A stretch of DNA of 63,464 nucleotides, filler included, from Craspedostauros australis (lineage: Eukaryota), in the NCBI GenBank assembly GCA_030167865.1. It is 5 parts of 5 records of this genome, joined end to end, with 100 filler letters (N's around TTAATTAATTAA, not from the genome) between each part and the next. Parts side by side here need not be neighbours in the genome. Positions count along the whole stretch, not along the records: positions 11,680 to 12,843 come from JALAGF010000872.1; positions 12,944 to 44,551 come from JALAGF010000873.1; 3 more parts are not named here. One strand, given 5' to 3'. Positions 11,680 through 23,400 of the stretch are shown here, piece after piece. The first letter of the stretch is position 1. Each line of letters starts with the position of its first letter. Under the pieces are notes generated by a model. It ran no database searches, was not told where the DNA came from, and saw only the letters and a list, made by a program, of their open reading frames with translations. Both the position numbers and the translations under genes were made by a program.

Positions 11680-12843
11680 TGGGTCATCTCCACATCAGAA
11701 CAAGATCGCAGAGGTGCAATGACTGAGAGCTGACCTTGAAGACAGGAACATGAGATACAACTCAATGAAGATAACATAGAACCAGAAGTCACTCAACCCA
11801 AACAGTGTCTTCACCCAACAGCTCGTCACCCTCGTCCTGAAAGACTTGATCTCTCTTGAAGGACTCGTGTGATTTCGCTGTGTACAATTACGAGATAACA
11901 GATTAACAGTCGCACACACTACGTCCTGACCTGACTGAGTGAACCCCTCTCCAACCCACCGAGCTGATCCCATCAGCAACGAACCAACTGCATCACGTGA
12001 CGACGTGAAGCAGGAACCGAACAAGAACAAGAGCCTTCCAAGGCAGCGCACCCGAACACACCGAGCACAGCGTATCCGCTTCTCCGTACCGAACCGAACA
12101 AGATGACAGAACCCACCGAACCCATCACCATCCTGAACCACGTCCTCAAGGCCGTGGGTATCTCCGACGACTCCGACCATCGCCNNNNNNNNNNNNNNNN
12201 NNNNNNNNNNNNNNNNNNNNNNNNNNNNNNNNNNNNNNNNNNNNNNNNNNNNNNNNNNNNNNNNNNNNNNNNNNNNNNNNNNNNNNNNNNNNNNNNNNNN
12301 NNNNNNNNNNNNNNNCACATTCGCAAGATCCTCGCACTCCCAATGTGGTATGACGCGCAAGCTGGCGACGGCGACTCCGTCTGGCTTGACCTGAATGCTG
12401 CAAGGCTCCAGACCTTCATGAGAGCTGAACTCAAGAAGCGCATGGATGCCTCCATGCCGACACCCGAACCCACCATGTCGTCCATGGTGACACCACCACC
12501 ACCTCCTGAACCTGTCTCTGATGGAGCCGCTGCCTTCGACAAGGGCATCAAGCGGAACCTCAGCGACTANCCGATCCTGAAGAGCGATGANCAGTTCATG
12601 GTCTTCGACCGACGTCTCCGAGCCACCGCTGCAGCGCACGGTGTGAAGAACGTCGTAGACCCNGAGTACCTCCCGACCCAAGATGAGTCTGAGCTGTTCG
12701 ACAAACAGCGCACCTTCCTCTTCTACGTCTTGACCCACTGTCTCAGGACCACGAAGAGTCGCAACTGTCTCCAGGCATACGCCGATGACGAGAACGGTCA
12801 TGGGGTGTATACCATGCTCCGTGAAGAGTATGCAACCGGAGTA
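11680..12843 (+). mobile_element. Ty1/copia (CoDi-type) LTR retrotransposon 5' fragment: probable LTR end/leader and Gag start (ORF from 12103)
   Basis: AFDKGIKRNLSDxPILKSD..FDRRLRATAAAHGVKNVVDxEYLP..ELFDKQRTFLFYVL matches the diatom CoDi Gag pattern; truncated by gaps. Confidence 0.75.
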
Positions 12844-13915
12844 NNNNNNNNNNNNNNNNNNNNNNNNNNNNNNNNNNNNNNNNNNNNTTAATTAATTAAN
12901 NNNNNNNNNNNNNNNNNNNNNNNNNNNNNNNNNNNNNNNNNNNTTTTTTTGGTGTTGCTCCACTTCCATGTTGGTGTGTCGAGTTTGCCACTCTCAACCG
13001 GCCTCACATGTTGGGGGATGTGGATATTTACCTCCAATTGTACCGACTGTCCAAAAAGACCACGACACAAAACACTCGAGGAGTACCAACCCCACTCAAN
13101 NNNNNNNNNNNNNNNNNNNNNNNNNNNNNNNNNNNNNNNNNNNNNNNNNNNNNNNNNNNNNNNNNNNNNNNNNNNNNNNNNNNNNNNNNNNNNNNNNNNN
13201 NNNNNNNNNNNNNNNNNNNNNNNNNNNNNNNNNNNNNNNNNNNNNNNNNNNNNTTCTACAACTAGTGCTATCGTGGATGGACTGTTGGATGGCCTCATCC
13301 GAACACCTGAAAAAGAGACTAAACAATTCAAAATCGGAACACAGTCGCTGAAACAAAGAACAGCAAAGGGTTAAGTTGGATCGATGTAGTCGGAAGCAAG
13401 AGGCTGAAACCCGAAAGAGATCGAAAAATGCGCACATCCATTGGTCCATAAAACTTAAAATAGGATATAACTCAAAAATGCAATGGTTAATTATTTGTAT
13501 TAGACCTAAAAGGATTATGAATATGTGCTCGGTCTGGATATCCGAGACAATATTTCTGGAGGTCCATTTCAAAGTGCAGGTCGACTCACTGATCGGGCTC
13601 ATAGCCTTCCAAACCATTCCAATATCTTGTTCAATCGTGTCTTGTGACGAATGGTGTTGAATCGTGGTCGAAGAAACACGCTGCACGACCGAACTCGGCG
13701 AAAGAAGCGTGGGTGGGCATCACCCTTGTTGGTTCTTTGTGTGTTTGGTTCTTTGTGGTTGCCTTGGATGGAGATGGAGATGGGTGCGCTTCGTTCACTC
13801 ACCACACTTCTGAAGCAACAGAGCAGAGTACGAGCTACTCCACCATACCCCAAGGAAGCAAAGGAAGCAAAGGAGAATAAAGAGAAGTCATCACAGTAGA
13901 AGCAGACACATCATC

Positions 13916-15679
13916 ATGTCAAAGCAATCGCAGGCAAAAGCAGACGCACACACATATGCGCAAACACATCATCAAGAACAACAGCTGCAGCAGCAACCGT
14001 ACAACCGCGATGAAGAGTACCTCCAGGCAAAGCGATCAGCTGTGGAGACGCTGGCGATCGGACGCGGGACGTTGGAGGCCTCCGTTGGACAGGGCGAGCA
14101 GCTTCGGAATGCCGAGGATGCGGCCGAAGCGACCGAGTACAAGCTGGACAGGGCCACGCGGTTGCTGAGGGGCATGACGTGGTCCGGCTGGCTGGCGAAC
14201 AAGTTCAGCAGCGATGTGCCACCGCCAGAGTACAGGTCGAGAGACCGGTCGCCGTACGCGGATCCTGCATCGGGGGCTCTGGCATCTCGCCTGCACCCTC
14301 CCACGGTGTACGAGAATGTGCCGGGCATCTGCCAACAAGCGGCGCAGGCCGTGCAGAACTACAACGCCAACTTGTTCGTTCTGGAGGCGTGCGAGAGCGA
14401 CGATCAGCGGCAGACTTGCGCGCTCATCTGCGACAACATGTTCCAGGTCGCGACGAGACAGCTCAAGTCGGTGAAGAACAGAATCAAGCATTCGGATGGA
14501 ACCTTTGACAAGGACGTTGTGAAGATGATCGAGAGGCTCTCCACGGACCTTGCCACGTTGCGGAACAAGCAGCTGGACTTGCAAAAGCTTACCCTGACCG
14601 TCGACGACATCCCCTCTGGGCCCTCCGCTGCGCAACAGCCACGAGATGAGGAGACCAACAAGCTGTTCAAGGGAGCAAGGCGCACAGATGCCGGGGCAGG
14701 CAGCAACAAGACAAGGTCAGCCACAGCATCGGCATCGCAGCCCGTTCCGCCGGCGAAGATCGACCCAGTCATGCAGCAGCAGGATGATCATCTCAATTTC
14801 ATGGCGCACCATCTCGGGGAGCTCGGAGCGATCGCGCAGAATCTGAACCAGTCCTTGACGGATCAGAACAGGACGTTGGAATCTTTGGACAATCGGTCGG
14901 AGACTGTCATGTTCAAAACGAAGATGGTGACGCGCCGAGCTGATCGCATCATCCAGAAGAATGTAAGTCAAGTGTCTGCGGCCCGATGTCGTTGTCATTG
15001 TCATTGTCATTGTCATTGTTGCGCTGTGATGGTATTCGTAGTGTTTCTATAACTACTGCTGCTGCTGCTTGTGCTTGTGCTTGTGCTTGTGTTCCACATT
15101 TGCGACTCTACAAATTTCTTGGAATGGCCAGGCAACTAACTAAATCAACCCATCCACTGGACCATCAATGTTATACATTATGTCATGCCATCCATGTCAT
15201 GCCACATCATGCGTATACGACGGGCCTGATCGATGCACTTATTTCCGCAGTCATGGGCCAAAACGAAGCCCGAGTTCGTGTCCAATGTCTCCGTCCGTCA
15301 CGTGGCGACCGGCAAATATCTGGCTGTCTCTGTATCGAACGGCCTCACACTGAGCGACAAACTCAACGAGACCTGCATCTTTGGGTATTGGAAGCGCCAG
15401 GGCGGCATCTTTGGCATGCAAAGTCGGTATTCGCGAAAGTGGGCGGGCCAATCGTTGCTGGGGAAGCTGTCGTGCAACGCCAACGCCTTCGGACGTCGTG
15501 AGGAATGGGATGCCGATGGAGAATGGTCGGAAACGTCATTGCTTTGCGCCTCCGCTGGATGGGGCAACGGTGGCTACTTGCTGGCCACGCCCGACCGAGA
15601 CACAGTGGTGGTTGGCGGGGGCGGCTTGGTCGACAAGAAGCAAGCCGACCAATGGTGTATCGCAGAGACCGGAGCGTAA
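13916..15679 (+). CDS. SNAP25/Sec9-like Qbc-SNARE with extra C-terminal beta-trefoil/fascin-like domain; 2 exons (13916-14962, 15251-15679), ~491 aa
   Basis: Two SNARE heptad motifs with zero-layer Q (GQGEQL...RLLRGM; QDDHL...DQNRTLESL). Donor AAT|GTAAGT at 14962/3 and acceptor CCGCAG|TCA at 15250/1 join in phase 0. Confidence 0.8.
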
Positions 15680-15979
15680 CAGTAACATCGTGCAGACGGA
15701 TGTGGAGTGCGTAGTAGAGCAATACATATCATAATTGGTTTGTTCTCGGCCAGCGAGTATCTCAGGCACACTCTCCTATCTACATGCCTGTCATTGTCAT
15801 CGAACCTCTGCAGGTTCTATGCATGCATTGCGCATGTCCCGAGTGCTACAGTGTGTACTCCTGCTCATGACAAAGCTTGTGCGCCGGTGCATTTCACCCA
15901 CCTGCACGGAATTCTGTGCTCGTAAATACCTAATTTCATTGTGGCATCGTTGCATGAGGCTGCGTCCTATGGAACAATC

Positions 15980-18124
15980 TCAGTCCGAACATCCCCACCA
16001 GATCTGAAGCACCGCTCTGACGCCACTCCGGACCGGCAACCGGCACCTTCTGTTCTCCAGCCCGCCTGTCGAAATGACGACGCGTCCGACGGAACCGTCG
16101 ATCATCACACCGCGACGGACCCGCCGTTTGGGATTTGCGTTTGACGGATGATGATCGACATACAGGCTGAGCCCGCCGTCGTAGTGCACCCCAGACCCTT
16201 CGGAGAGATCCACGGCGGTGTAAACAGCAAAACGTGGGTCGGCCTCCAGATCGGACGACAGTTTGCACAGATCACGCGCTGGCTTCACGTTGAACGGCCA
16301 GGGGCTGTAGTTGGCCAGGTCGTTCTGATGCCTCGAGTTCTCTAGCCACTGGACGTAGTTCGTTCCATTCATGGCAACCGCGGTTCGCAGTGACACATCG
16401 ACTGCGTCCATGGGTGCTATGGAATTGACGCGGAACGCAATCGGCTGCAATGCATCAGTGTTGACACTGTATCGAGTTTGGAACACCTCTCTGAGCCGTT
16501 GCAGGACAAGCGGAATGGATTTGTCGAGCAGCGACACATCGTAATGCACGTCAAAATGATCACCGCCGGCTTGAATCAACGATCGTGCCAAGCGGAGGGC
16601 AGGGGCGAGGTCATCAGGAGATAGGTAGCCATCATGGACTCCGCGGAAGCATTGTTTTGCATCGCCACGTCCTGACGACGGCGACGGCGACGCCGATGAG
16701 TCCAACCGAGGATCTTGCTCCGAGGACGGAGTTGCTCCGCAAGCGCCCATCTCCGTTGATAGATCGTCAATGTTGGTGACGCATATGTTTGCATGTGCCT
16801 GTGCATCCGCGTGTGCAGTTGCATGTGCAGTTGCATACCCGTTGTGACCATGCCCATCATACCCATTGTTCCGTTTCGCTTGTTGCGGTGGGAAACACTG
16901 TGAGAGCGACCTTTGAGATTGGTGCAACGATTCTGATGAAGCGCTGCCGGAGTTTTTATTCGGTAACTGACACGGCATGAACCATGAAACATTGAAACCA
17001 ACCTCTGGTGGCGCCGATGGCGTTTTAGGATGGTCCAGTGAACTTGTTGCTGCAGATCGTTCAAACGAACGGATATCCCGGTTGATCAAGGCAACTTGCG
17101 ACGGCAGATGCAAGACACCATCCGCACAGTTGATGGGGTCGATGGAAGGAGAACCATCGAAGGGATTCGAAAGCTGCGACCACAGCCACCGGCCTCTGTT
17201 AGTTTCATCTCGATGCAACCGAGGGCACTGTGACGAATGGTCGTCGAAGTCTCGGACATGCACCAGCTCGTGCATGATCGGATCGAAATCATGCTCAACG
17301 AAGTCGATGGCATCGAAAAGCGGCAGCGTTTGCAGCAGAACGCACACGAACGCTGCCACCACGGCCAGCACCGCGAAGCATGTGCGCCGGAATGTCAGGT
17401 TGGCCGGTCTTCCAGGTTGGATGGGGATCAGGACGAGCTCGAACTCATCTTCCGGAAGATTCGCATCTCGGTATCTCCGCACAGCTCTTTCGATTGCCCG
17501 TGCCGCATCCTGCTCGCGCCGGGTAGCTATGCCATCGTCGTTTCCTCCACCTCCGCCACCTGGACCGATTGGATGGTTATTGTTGTTGTTGTTGTTGTTG
17601 TTAATGTTGTTGGCGTTGATAGCGTTGTTACCATTGTTGCGATTATGATGGTGACGTTGATGGTGATGGCGATTCGCGCGGTTCCTTGCTCTCCCTGGTG
17701 GAGGCGGAGGTGGCAGGTTCGCTCTAGGGGGTTGTGGGAGCTCTGTGACAGGAACCAACCTCCCATCGTCGTCAATCCGAGCATCGCCGTCGTCCAATTG
17801 CGTCACCAACCGCATCTGTTCCTCCTGCCGTTTCCATATCAGCTCCATCCGCTTGCGATACACCTCCTCATTATTGGTCGCCTTGGCATGCGATGATGTT
17901 GGCATCGGCAATGCCATTGGCGAGAGTATTGGCGAGGAAAATGGTGATGCAGGCTGCGATGAGGGCCCAGAGAGCGAGCCATCGCTTTCGCGACCTTCCA
18001 TGAATGCTATGATGGCATCCAAGCTGCCATTCTCCAACAGCTCCCTTGCTCTGTCGCAAGACCCTCTCGGTTTGTACAGCTGGATTGGCGACGCCGTTTG
18101 ATCATTGTTGGCTTTGTCTTTCAT
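15980..18124 (-). CDS. Membrane-anchored OGFOD3/P4H-like 2OG-Fe(II) oxygenase-fold protein, probably catalytically inactive
   Basis: ORF 15980..18199 with first ATG at 18124; TM segment CFAVLAVVAAFVCVLL; C-terminal YTAVDLS..YDGGL..GRVVISTGGLENR..VRSGVRAVLQIWW parallels the OGFOD3 DSBH motifs. Confidence 0.65.
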   Translation of the reverse strand: MKDKANNDQTASPIQLYKPRGSCDRARELLENGSLDAIIAFMEGRESDGSLSGPSSQPASPFSSPILSPMALPMPTSSHAKATNNEEVYRKRMELIWKRQEEQMRLVTQLDDGDARIDDDGRLVPVTELPQPPRANLPPPPPPGRARNRANRHHHQRHHHNRNNGNNAINANNINNNNNNNNNHPIGPGGGGGGNDDGIATRREQDAARAIERAVRRYRDANLPEDEFELVLIPIQPGRPANLTFRRTCFAVLAVVAAFVCVLLQTLPLFDAIDFVEHDFDPIMHELVHVRDFDDHSSQCPRLHRDETNRGRWLWSQLSNPFDGSPSIDPINCADGVLHLPSQVALINRDIRSFERSAATSSLDHPKTPSAPPEVGFNVSWFMPCQLPNKNSGSASSESLHQSQRSLSQCFPPQQAKRNNGYDGHGHNGYATAHATAHADAQAHANICVTNIDDLSTEMGACGATPSSEQDPRLDSSASPSPSSGRGDAKQCFRGVHDGYLSPDDLAPALRLARSLIQAGGDHFDVHYDVSLLDKSIPLVLQRLREVFQTRYSVNTDALQPIAFRVNSIAPMDAVDVSLRTAVAMNGTNYVQWLENSRHQNDLANYSPWPFNVKPARDLCKLSSDLEADPRFAVYTAVDLSEGSGVHYDGGLSLYVDHHPSNANPKRRVRRGVMIDGSVGRVVISTGGLENRRCRLPVRSGVRAVLQIWWGCSD

Positions 18125-18880
18125 GTCGTTGCCGCTTTCCGAGTATGCTACGAGTATGACTATGCCACAGCTCTCCGTATGGTCAGTGTCCTCGTCCAAC
18201 TCATGCTCTGGTCTGACCTCTATGGTGTGTGTGGGCAGTCCAGAGCGGTTGGTTTTGTGTCATGGACAACGTCCCACACACCACACTTGGTTGTTGTGTG
18301 TGGTTGGTTGTTCCGTGTGGAAATGCACGGTGGGCTCTTGTTGCTTGTTTACGGGACCCATTAATCACGAGCATTCTATATTTAGTTGGTAGCATTGTTG
18401 CGAACAAGAACAGATCGCGCTCCGCTCCTCCACGTCCAACGGTGTCGTCTTGACTACCGACGATACTTGAACATCAGCTTGCATGTGTGGGTCCTGCACA
18501 CAAGCATTGCGTATGCCATCCGCAGATGCCATGTTCGACCCTTGACAAAATTCATATTCTATTATAATAGTATCATATGTGATACTACTCTAGCTCGCAG
18601 TACTCCAACGTGGCATGGAGCATTCACATGACGTGTTGCGTTCATTCCCAAGTGATTTGTCGTGGTTGGTCAGGCATTGCGGAGACTCCACCCGCGCTCA
18701 GGCGAGGATTTCCAACTGCGTTAAGCAGGCAACCGCATCCAATGTCAAGACCCAACATTGATCTTCCGCTCCATCGTGCGAGTACTTCGCGTCGCAAGGC
18801 ACGGCATGCAATCCGGGTTCCTTTCGACTCCATTACGGGTGATCTCCATCCAGCTAACGAATTGTTCTGGTGCCGCGTGC

Positions 18881-19540
18881 TCAAGTCAGCGCAGTCTCGA
18901 CTACACCCCAGAACTTGTCCATGCGAGTGATCTTGTATTCCTTGGCGTACTTGGGAGGATCGATGAAGAACACGAAGGAAATGCGTGGTCGGCCACCGCC
19001 ATTCGCTGTGTTCTGCTGCTCGTCGTTGGCGGCGCAGACGCGATGCTGATGGGTGTTGTTCAGCTTCAGGGGCATGAAGTAAATGTCACCAGCCTTGGGT
19101 TTGACGGCCACGACGTTATCCTTGTCCTTGTTCTCGCGAAATTCGACGTCACGTTCCGAACCGAGGCTCAGGACGAGGATCTGGGCGGCGAAGGTGTCCT
19201 TGTGCCATGGGATCTGATGTTCCGGATCGAAGAAGCGATTGCAGAAGACGTAGTTGACCTTGCAATCGTAGGCCTGTTCGACCTGCTCACACAGCTGCTC
19301 CAGTCGACTGACGCCAGGCTTGTCCTTCATCTTCGCTTTGCGATCATATTTGTACACGTGCTGCTTCAGCTTCTGCCCGTACAGGGTGGGCTTGAGATCC
19401 CAAGGCAGATTGTCGTTGTTGTTGAAGGTCTCGAACAGACTTTCGGCCTCATCGTTGGAGAGAAAGTTGCGGTTGAAGAAGACACCCGAGACCACTTCGG
19501 ACTCGTTGAGTTTGTCATAGAACGGACCGGAGGGTGCCAT
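18881..19540 (-). CDS. AlkB-family 2OG-Fe(II) dioxygenase (ALKBH2/3-like), 219 aa
   Basis: CNRF..IPWHKD (HxD), LSLGSERDVEF, GDIYFM..HQHRV (distal His), RISFVF. Confidence 0.85.
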   Translation of the reverse strand: MAPSGPFYDKLNESEVVSGVFFNRNFLSNDEAESLFETFNNNDNLPWDLKPTLYGQKLKQHVYKYDRKAKMKDKPGVSRLEQLCEQVEQAYDCKVNYVFCNRFFDPEHQIPWHKDTFAAQILVLSLGSERDVEFRENKDKDNVVAVKPKAGDIYFMPLKLNNTHQHRVCAANDEQQNTANGGGRPRISFVFFIDPPKYAKEYKITRMDKFWGVVETALT

Positions 19541-20430
19541 GGTGATGCGATTTGTGAGGACCGATTGTGTCGGGCTGTTTTGTTTTGTTTTGTTTCGTGT
19601 GACGTGGCGGATGGGAGGGGTATGATTTGGATGGATAGATGGATGAAAGGATGGATGGAGGTATCGTTTGGATATGCGACGACGACGACGACGACGACGA
19701 CGAAGACTCTATGTTCGTCGGCCGAGTCTTTGCGGCGAGACGATGCACCTTTGCTCCTTCTGCTATTTCTTACACGAGTGTAAGACGAGTAGCCTGGGCG
19801 GCGAGCGTTGTGACGAGGCGAGGTTTGATGCGGGGTTTGAACTGTGAGTTGGCTGGTGATTCCGATGTTCAGAGATTATGAGACGGTTGGTTGTGCGAGA
19901 TGATGGACATCGACCACCGAGGAGCAAAGGGTGGTCATGTCTGGATGCCGATTTGATCGTGGGTAGAAGCGGTTGTTGGGGTGTTGGCCTTGCTTCCTTG
20001 GTGGTACTGGTGATTCCACGAATCAGACGTATCCACGACTCGGATTTCGCATATCCCAACAAAAAGTGGTGGTCACCTCGCAGATTACCCGACTATTCTC
20101 TGGGGGCAGGCGGATACTATCTATTGTACGACCTACCTGTGATACTTTCTAATACACTCGTAGCTCGTCTGCATGGAACTCCATGAGACGAGGATAGCGG
20201 TATGGCCTTAGCAACCATCGTGCTTTTGCCTCACCCATGCTTCAGTTCGCGCCGGGAGCGGATCCGTCTGACCCGCTTCACTGAATTAGTGCTCGCCAAG
20301 CATGGAACACCGCGAACTGCGGGGAATACATGGATCACGACCTATTTTTTTATGAACAGAGGGTCCGGGTCTGCTCCACGCGACGAGCTACTGAACCATA
20401 TCACTTTCGCTCGTACCACAGACGGTGGTC

Positions 20431-23400
20431 CTATCTCCACTGCTCTTCCCTCTGCAATTTGTTCTCCATCTTGCCATCATCTCCGTTCTGCGTCTTCTTC
20501 GTCAGCTTCGTCGTCTTGGAGCCCTTCTGATTGGTCTTGTCTGTGTGGGTGTCGCCCACATCGTCAATGACGACGGAAACACCCTTGACGCTCTTGCTCT
20601 CATCCTTGGAAGCCTTCATTGTCTTTGGCGTCTTGCTTGGCGTTTCAGACTTGTCGGATTTGTCAGACTTTGATGGTTTGGCTGCCTTGTCAGATTTCTC
20701 AGACCCTCCCTTCGGTGCCTTGGCTTGTTTGCCGACTTCCGACGTCGGAGGCACTGATGGTTCATACGATGGAGCGAGCGACGGCATGTTGGACGGGTTG
20801 GCTGACGGTGAAGTGGATGGCGCTGTCGACGGGCGGATCGATGGCGTTGCAGATGGATTGGAAGATGGGTGCGTCGATGGCGAAACGGTTGGATTGGAAG
20901 ATGGGTGCGTCGATGGCGTAGCAGATGGATTGGAGGATGGGTGCGTCGATGGTGTAGCAGATGGATTCACTGATGCTGTGATCGTTGGATGAGTCGACGG
21001 CATCATTGATGGAGTAGAGGATGGCATCTGCGACTCTCCGTTGCAGAATTCCAATGATCCGAGGAAGAAATCAAAGAATCCCTCGAACAATGGTGGAGGA
21101 GGGGCATCGCCTGTGACGCCGGTCATTAGCCCCGTGTTCACGGTGAACGGACAGTTTTGGCATTCAAAGAATGTTGGAGGGTGGGGACCGATCGATGTTG
21201 CACCGAGTTGCAGCACTCTGTTGGGCGTGTCGATACGAAAGGATGCAAGCTCGTCGCTCTCAGAAAGTTCCAACACTTGATCGAACGAGATAACGTCCGT
21301 CAGTTCCTCATCTCCTCTCGGCAGGATGGTGCCGGACGCAATTTCAGTCCATGGCCCATCGGCTTGCCAAGTGCTCGGGCGGAAGAAGATGGTGTATTCT
21401 TGCGGTGTCGAGAACGGAAGGATGAGCCTCATGCCGTTGATCTCGGTGGTGTCTGTAATGACGATGTCGAACCTGTATGACACTGCATTTGTGTCGAGAA
21501 ATCTCAACGGTAGGTTGGTGAAACTCCAGTTTCGGCATGCGCCGAGCGTTGGCTCGCCGGTGGGTATCCCTGTTGGCTGCGCTGTGGTTGTTGGCGCAGA
21601 AGAGCTGGATGGTGCGGCAGTCGGCGACGAGGATATGCTGGTTGTAATGCTTACGGTCGCGCACATTTGCTCACTTGACTCGTCATCGATATTCACAACA
21701 GTGATGCTGGTCCCGCTCAATGCCGATTCTGCTTCGTCGACGATGTGCGTCTCGCCAGCTCGCAGCTTTGCCTCCAGGTTGGAAAATTCGGAGGGTTGGG
21801 CACCAGGATCGAAGGCACTGGTGACTAGGACTTGGTTGCGGCCTTCTGAGGATTCCGCGTTGAAGCCTATGGCTCGGTTGAACGCAACATAGTAGTTCAG
21901 CACACTATTCGGATCATCGAGCCTGATCAGAACGACGTAGCTTGTGTCACTTGGGTCATAATCGACCACACCGCAGAGCCTGGTTGTCCTGCTCATTTCC
22001 TCAGTAGCGACCAGCTCGATGGTCTGGTCTGCATACCATCCCAACACCCAGCTCTTGGCACCTTCGGAGTTTCACATGCGAATATTAGTATAAGTAGAAA
22101 TATGAATATGAATGGACATCGGCATGAGCATGGGTATACGTATTCATATAGGGTGGTCGCACAGTTCACGCATACGCAAATGAGGAGGTACCATAGGCCG
22201 GAACAGCATTGGAAGCGTGAGAATCTTGTGAGCGACGCATCAAAATGAGCACCTTCTCTAATCCGCTGCCAGAACAGACCGTCAACCACCGTGCGCTGCA
22301 GCGAACATTCAGACCATTTGTGCGTTGACTCTATCAATCTGAAGCTCACGGTAATGAGCGAAGCATCGACAGCGATACTGTGTTGCACATATGCAGAAAT
22401 TAATAAGTACATGCACATTTGTGTTTGCGTGTCTTTGACGGGGGAAAACTGTGCGTTGAGGGAAAAGAAGTCGGCATGCCCCATGCGCCAGAGTCATTGC
22501 ACGTACCGTTGTATCCCTTCACTTCGTCTTGGCTCAAGACCCCTCCAACGTTGGCAAAGCCCATGGCCCCACTGAGAAGAATTGACAAGGTGGAGAAGAC
22601 CATACTATGTGTGAGAGCAGAGATCAAAGGAAGGTTGTGTTTGAGTTTGCATTCGTGGTGTATCGTTTGACTCACCTGACATCATGGTACTCGTCATCAT
22701 TCTCGTTGCTGTGACCAAGGCAGAAATTGTGACCAAGTTCATGGACAACAGTGTTGGTGGCGTAAGACCAATGAAGGTCTGGATTCCCATCGACTCCATT
22801 GAACACGCTCACTTTGCCTGGCAAAGTAGCGAAGGCTGCATCACAGAGCATGGAACGAAGAAAGAATAGAACATCAAATTAGATTGGATGCAACCACACA
22901 AGTTGAAGGAGAGTTGAGTAGAGTAGAGTTGAGTCGAGTCGAGTACCATCCGAGGGGAGCGGACGGCACAGAATGGTGAGGCGAATGCTTCGAGAATGCA
23001 AACAAACACAACGGCGCAGCTTTTCTTCTGGCGGCTCCATTTCGAATCGAATCGGCACAAGACACCAACCACTTACCCAACCACTCCGTGCTCTCGTCAA
23101 AGATCGACCCATACGGTAAAATATACAGGAAATGGTCCAAGACATCAAAAACCTGGAGGGTCTGTTGCAAGAACTGAGTCGCCGCGTTTTCAATGGCGCC
23201 TGCAGGGAGCTGCCCCACATTCGCGTTGAACGAAAGGGTAAAGATTCCGTTTGGCACGGACTCGATGTTCGGAGGAGCCATGGTCAACTTTCCAAACGAC
23301 ATTGCTTCGAGCTGTTCTGCGAAACTTGGGCCGCCATTCAACACGTTGTCGATGATCGCTTCCGTCGAAGGAGCTTGAGAGTCGGTGAAGTCCATTCGGA

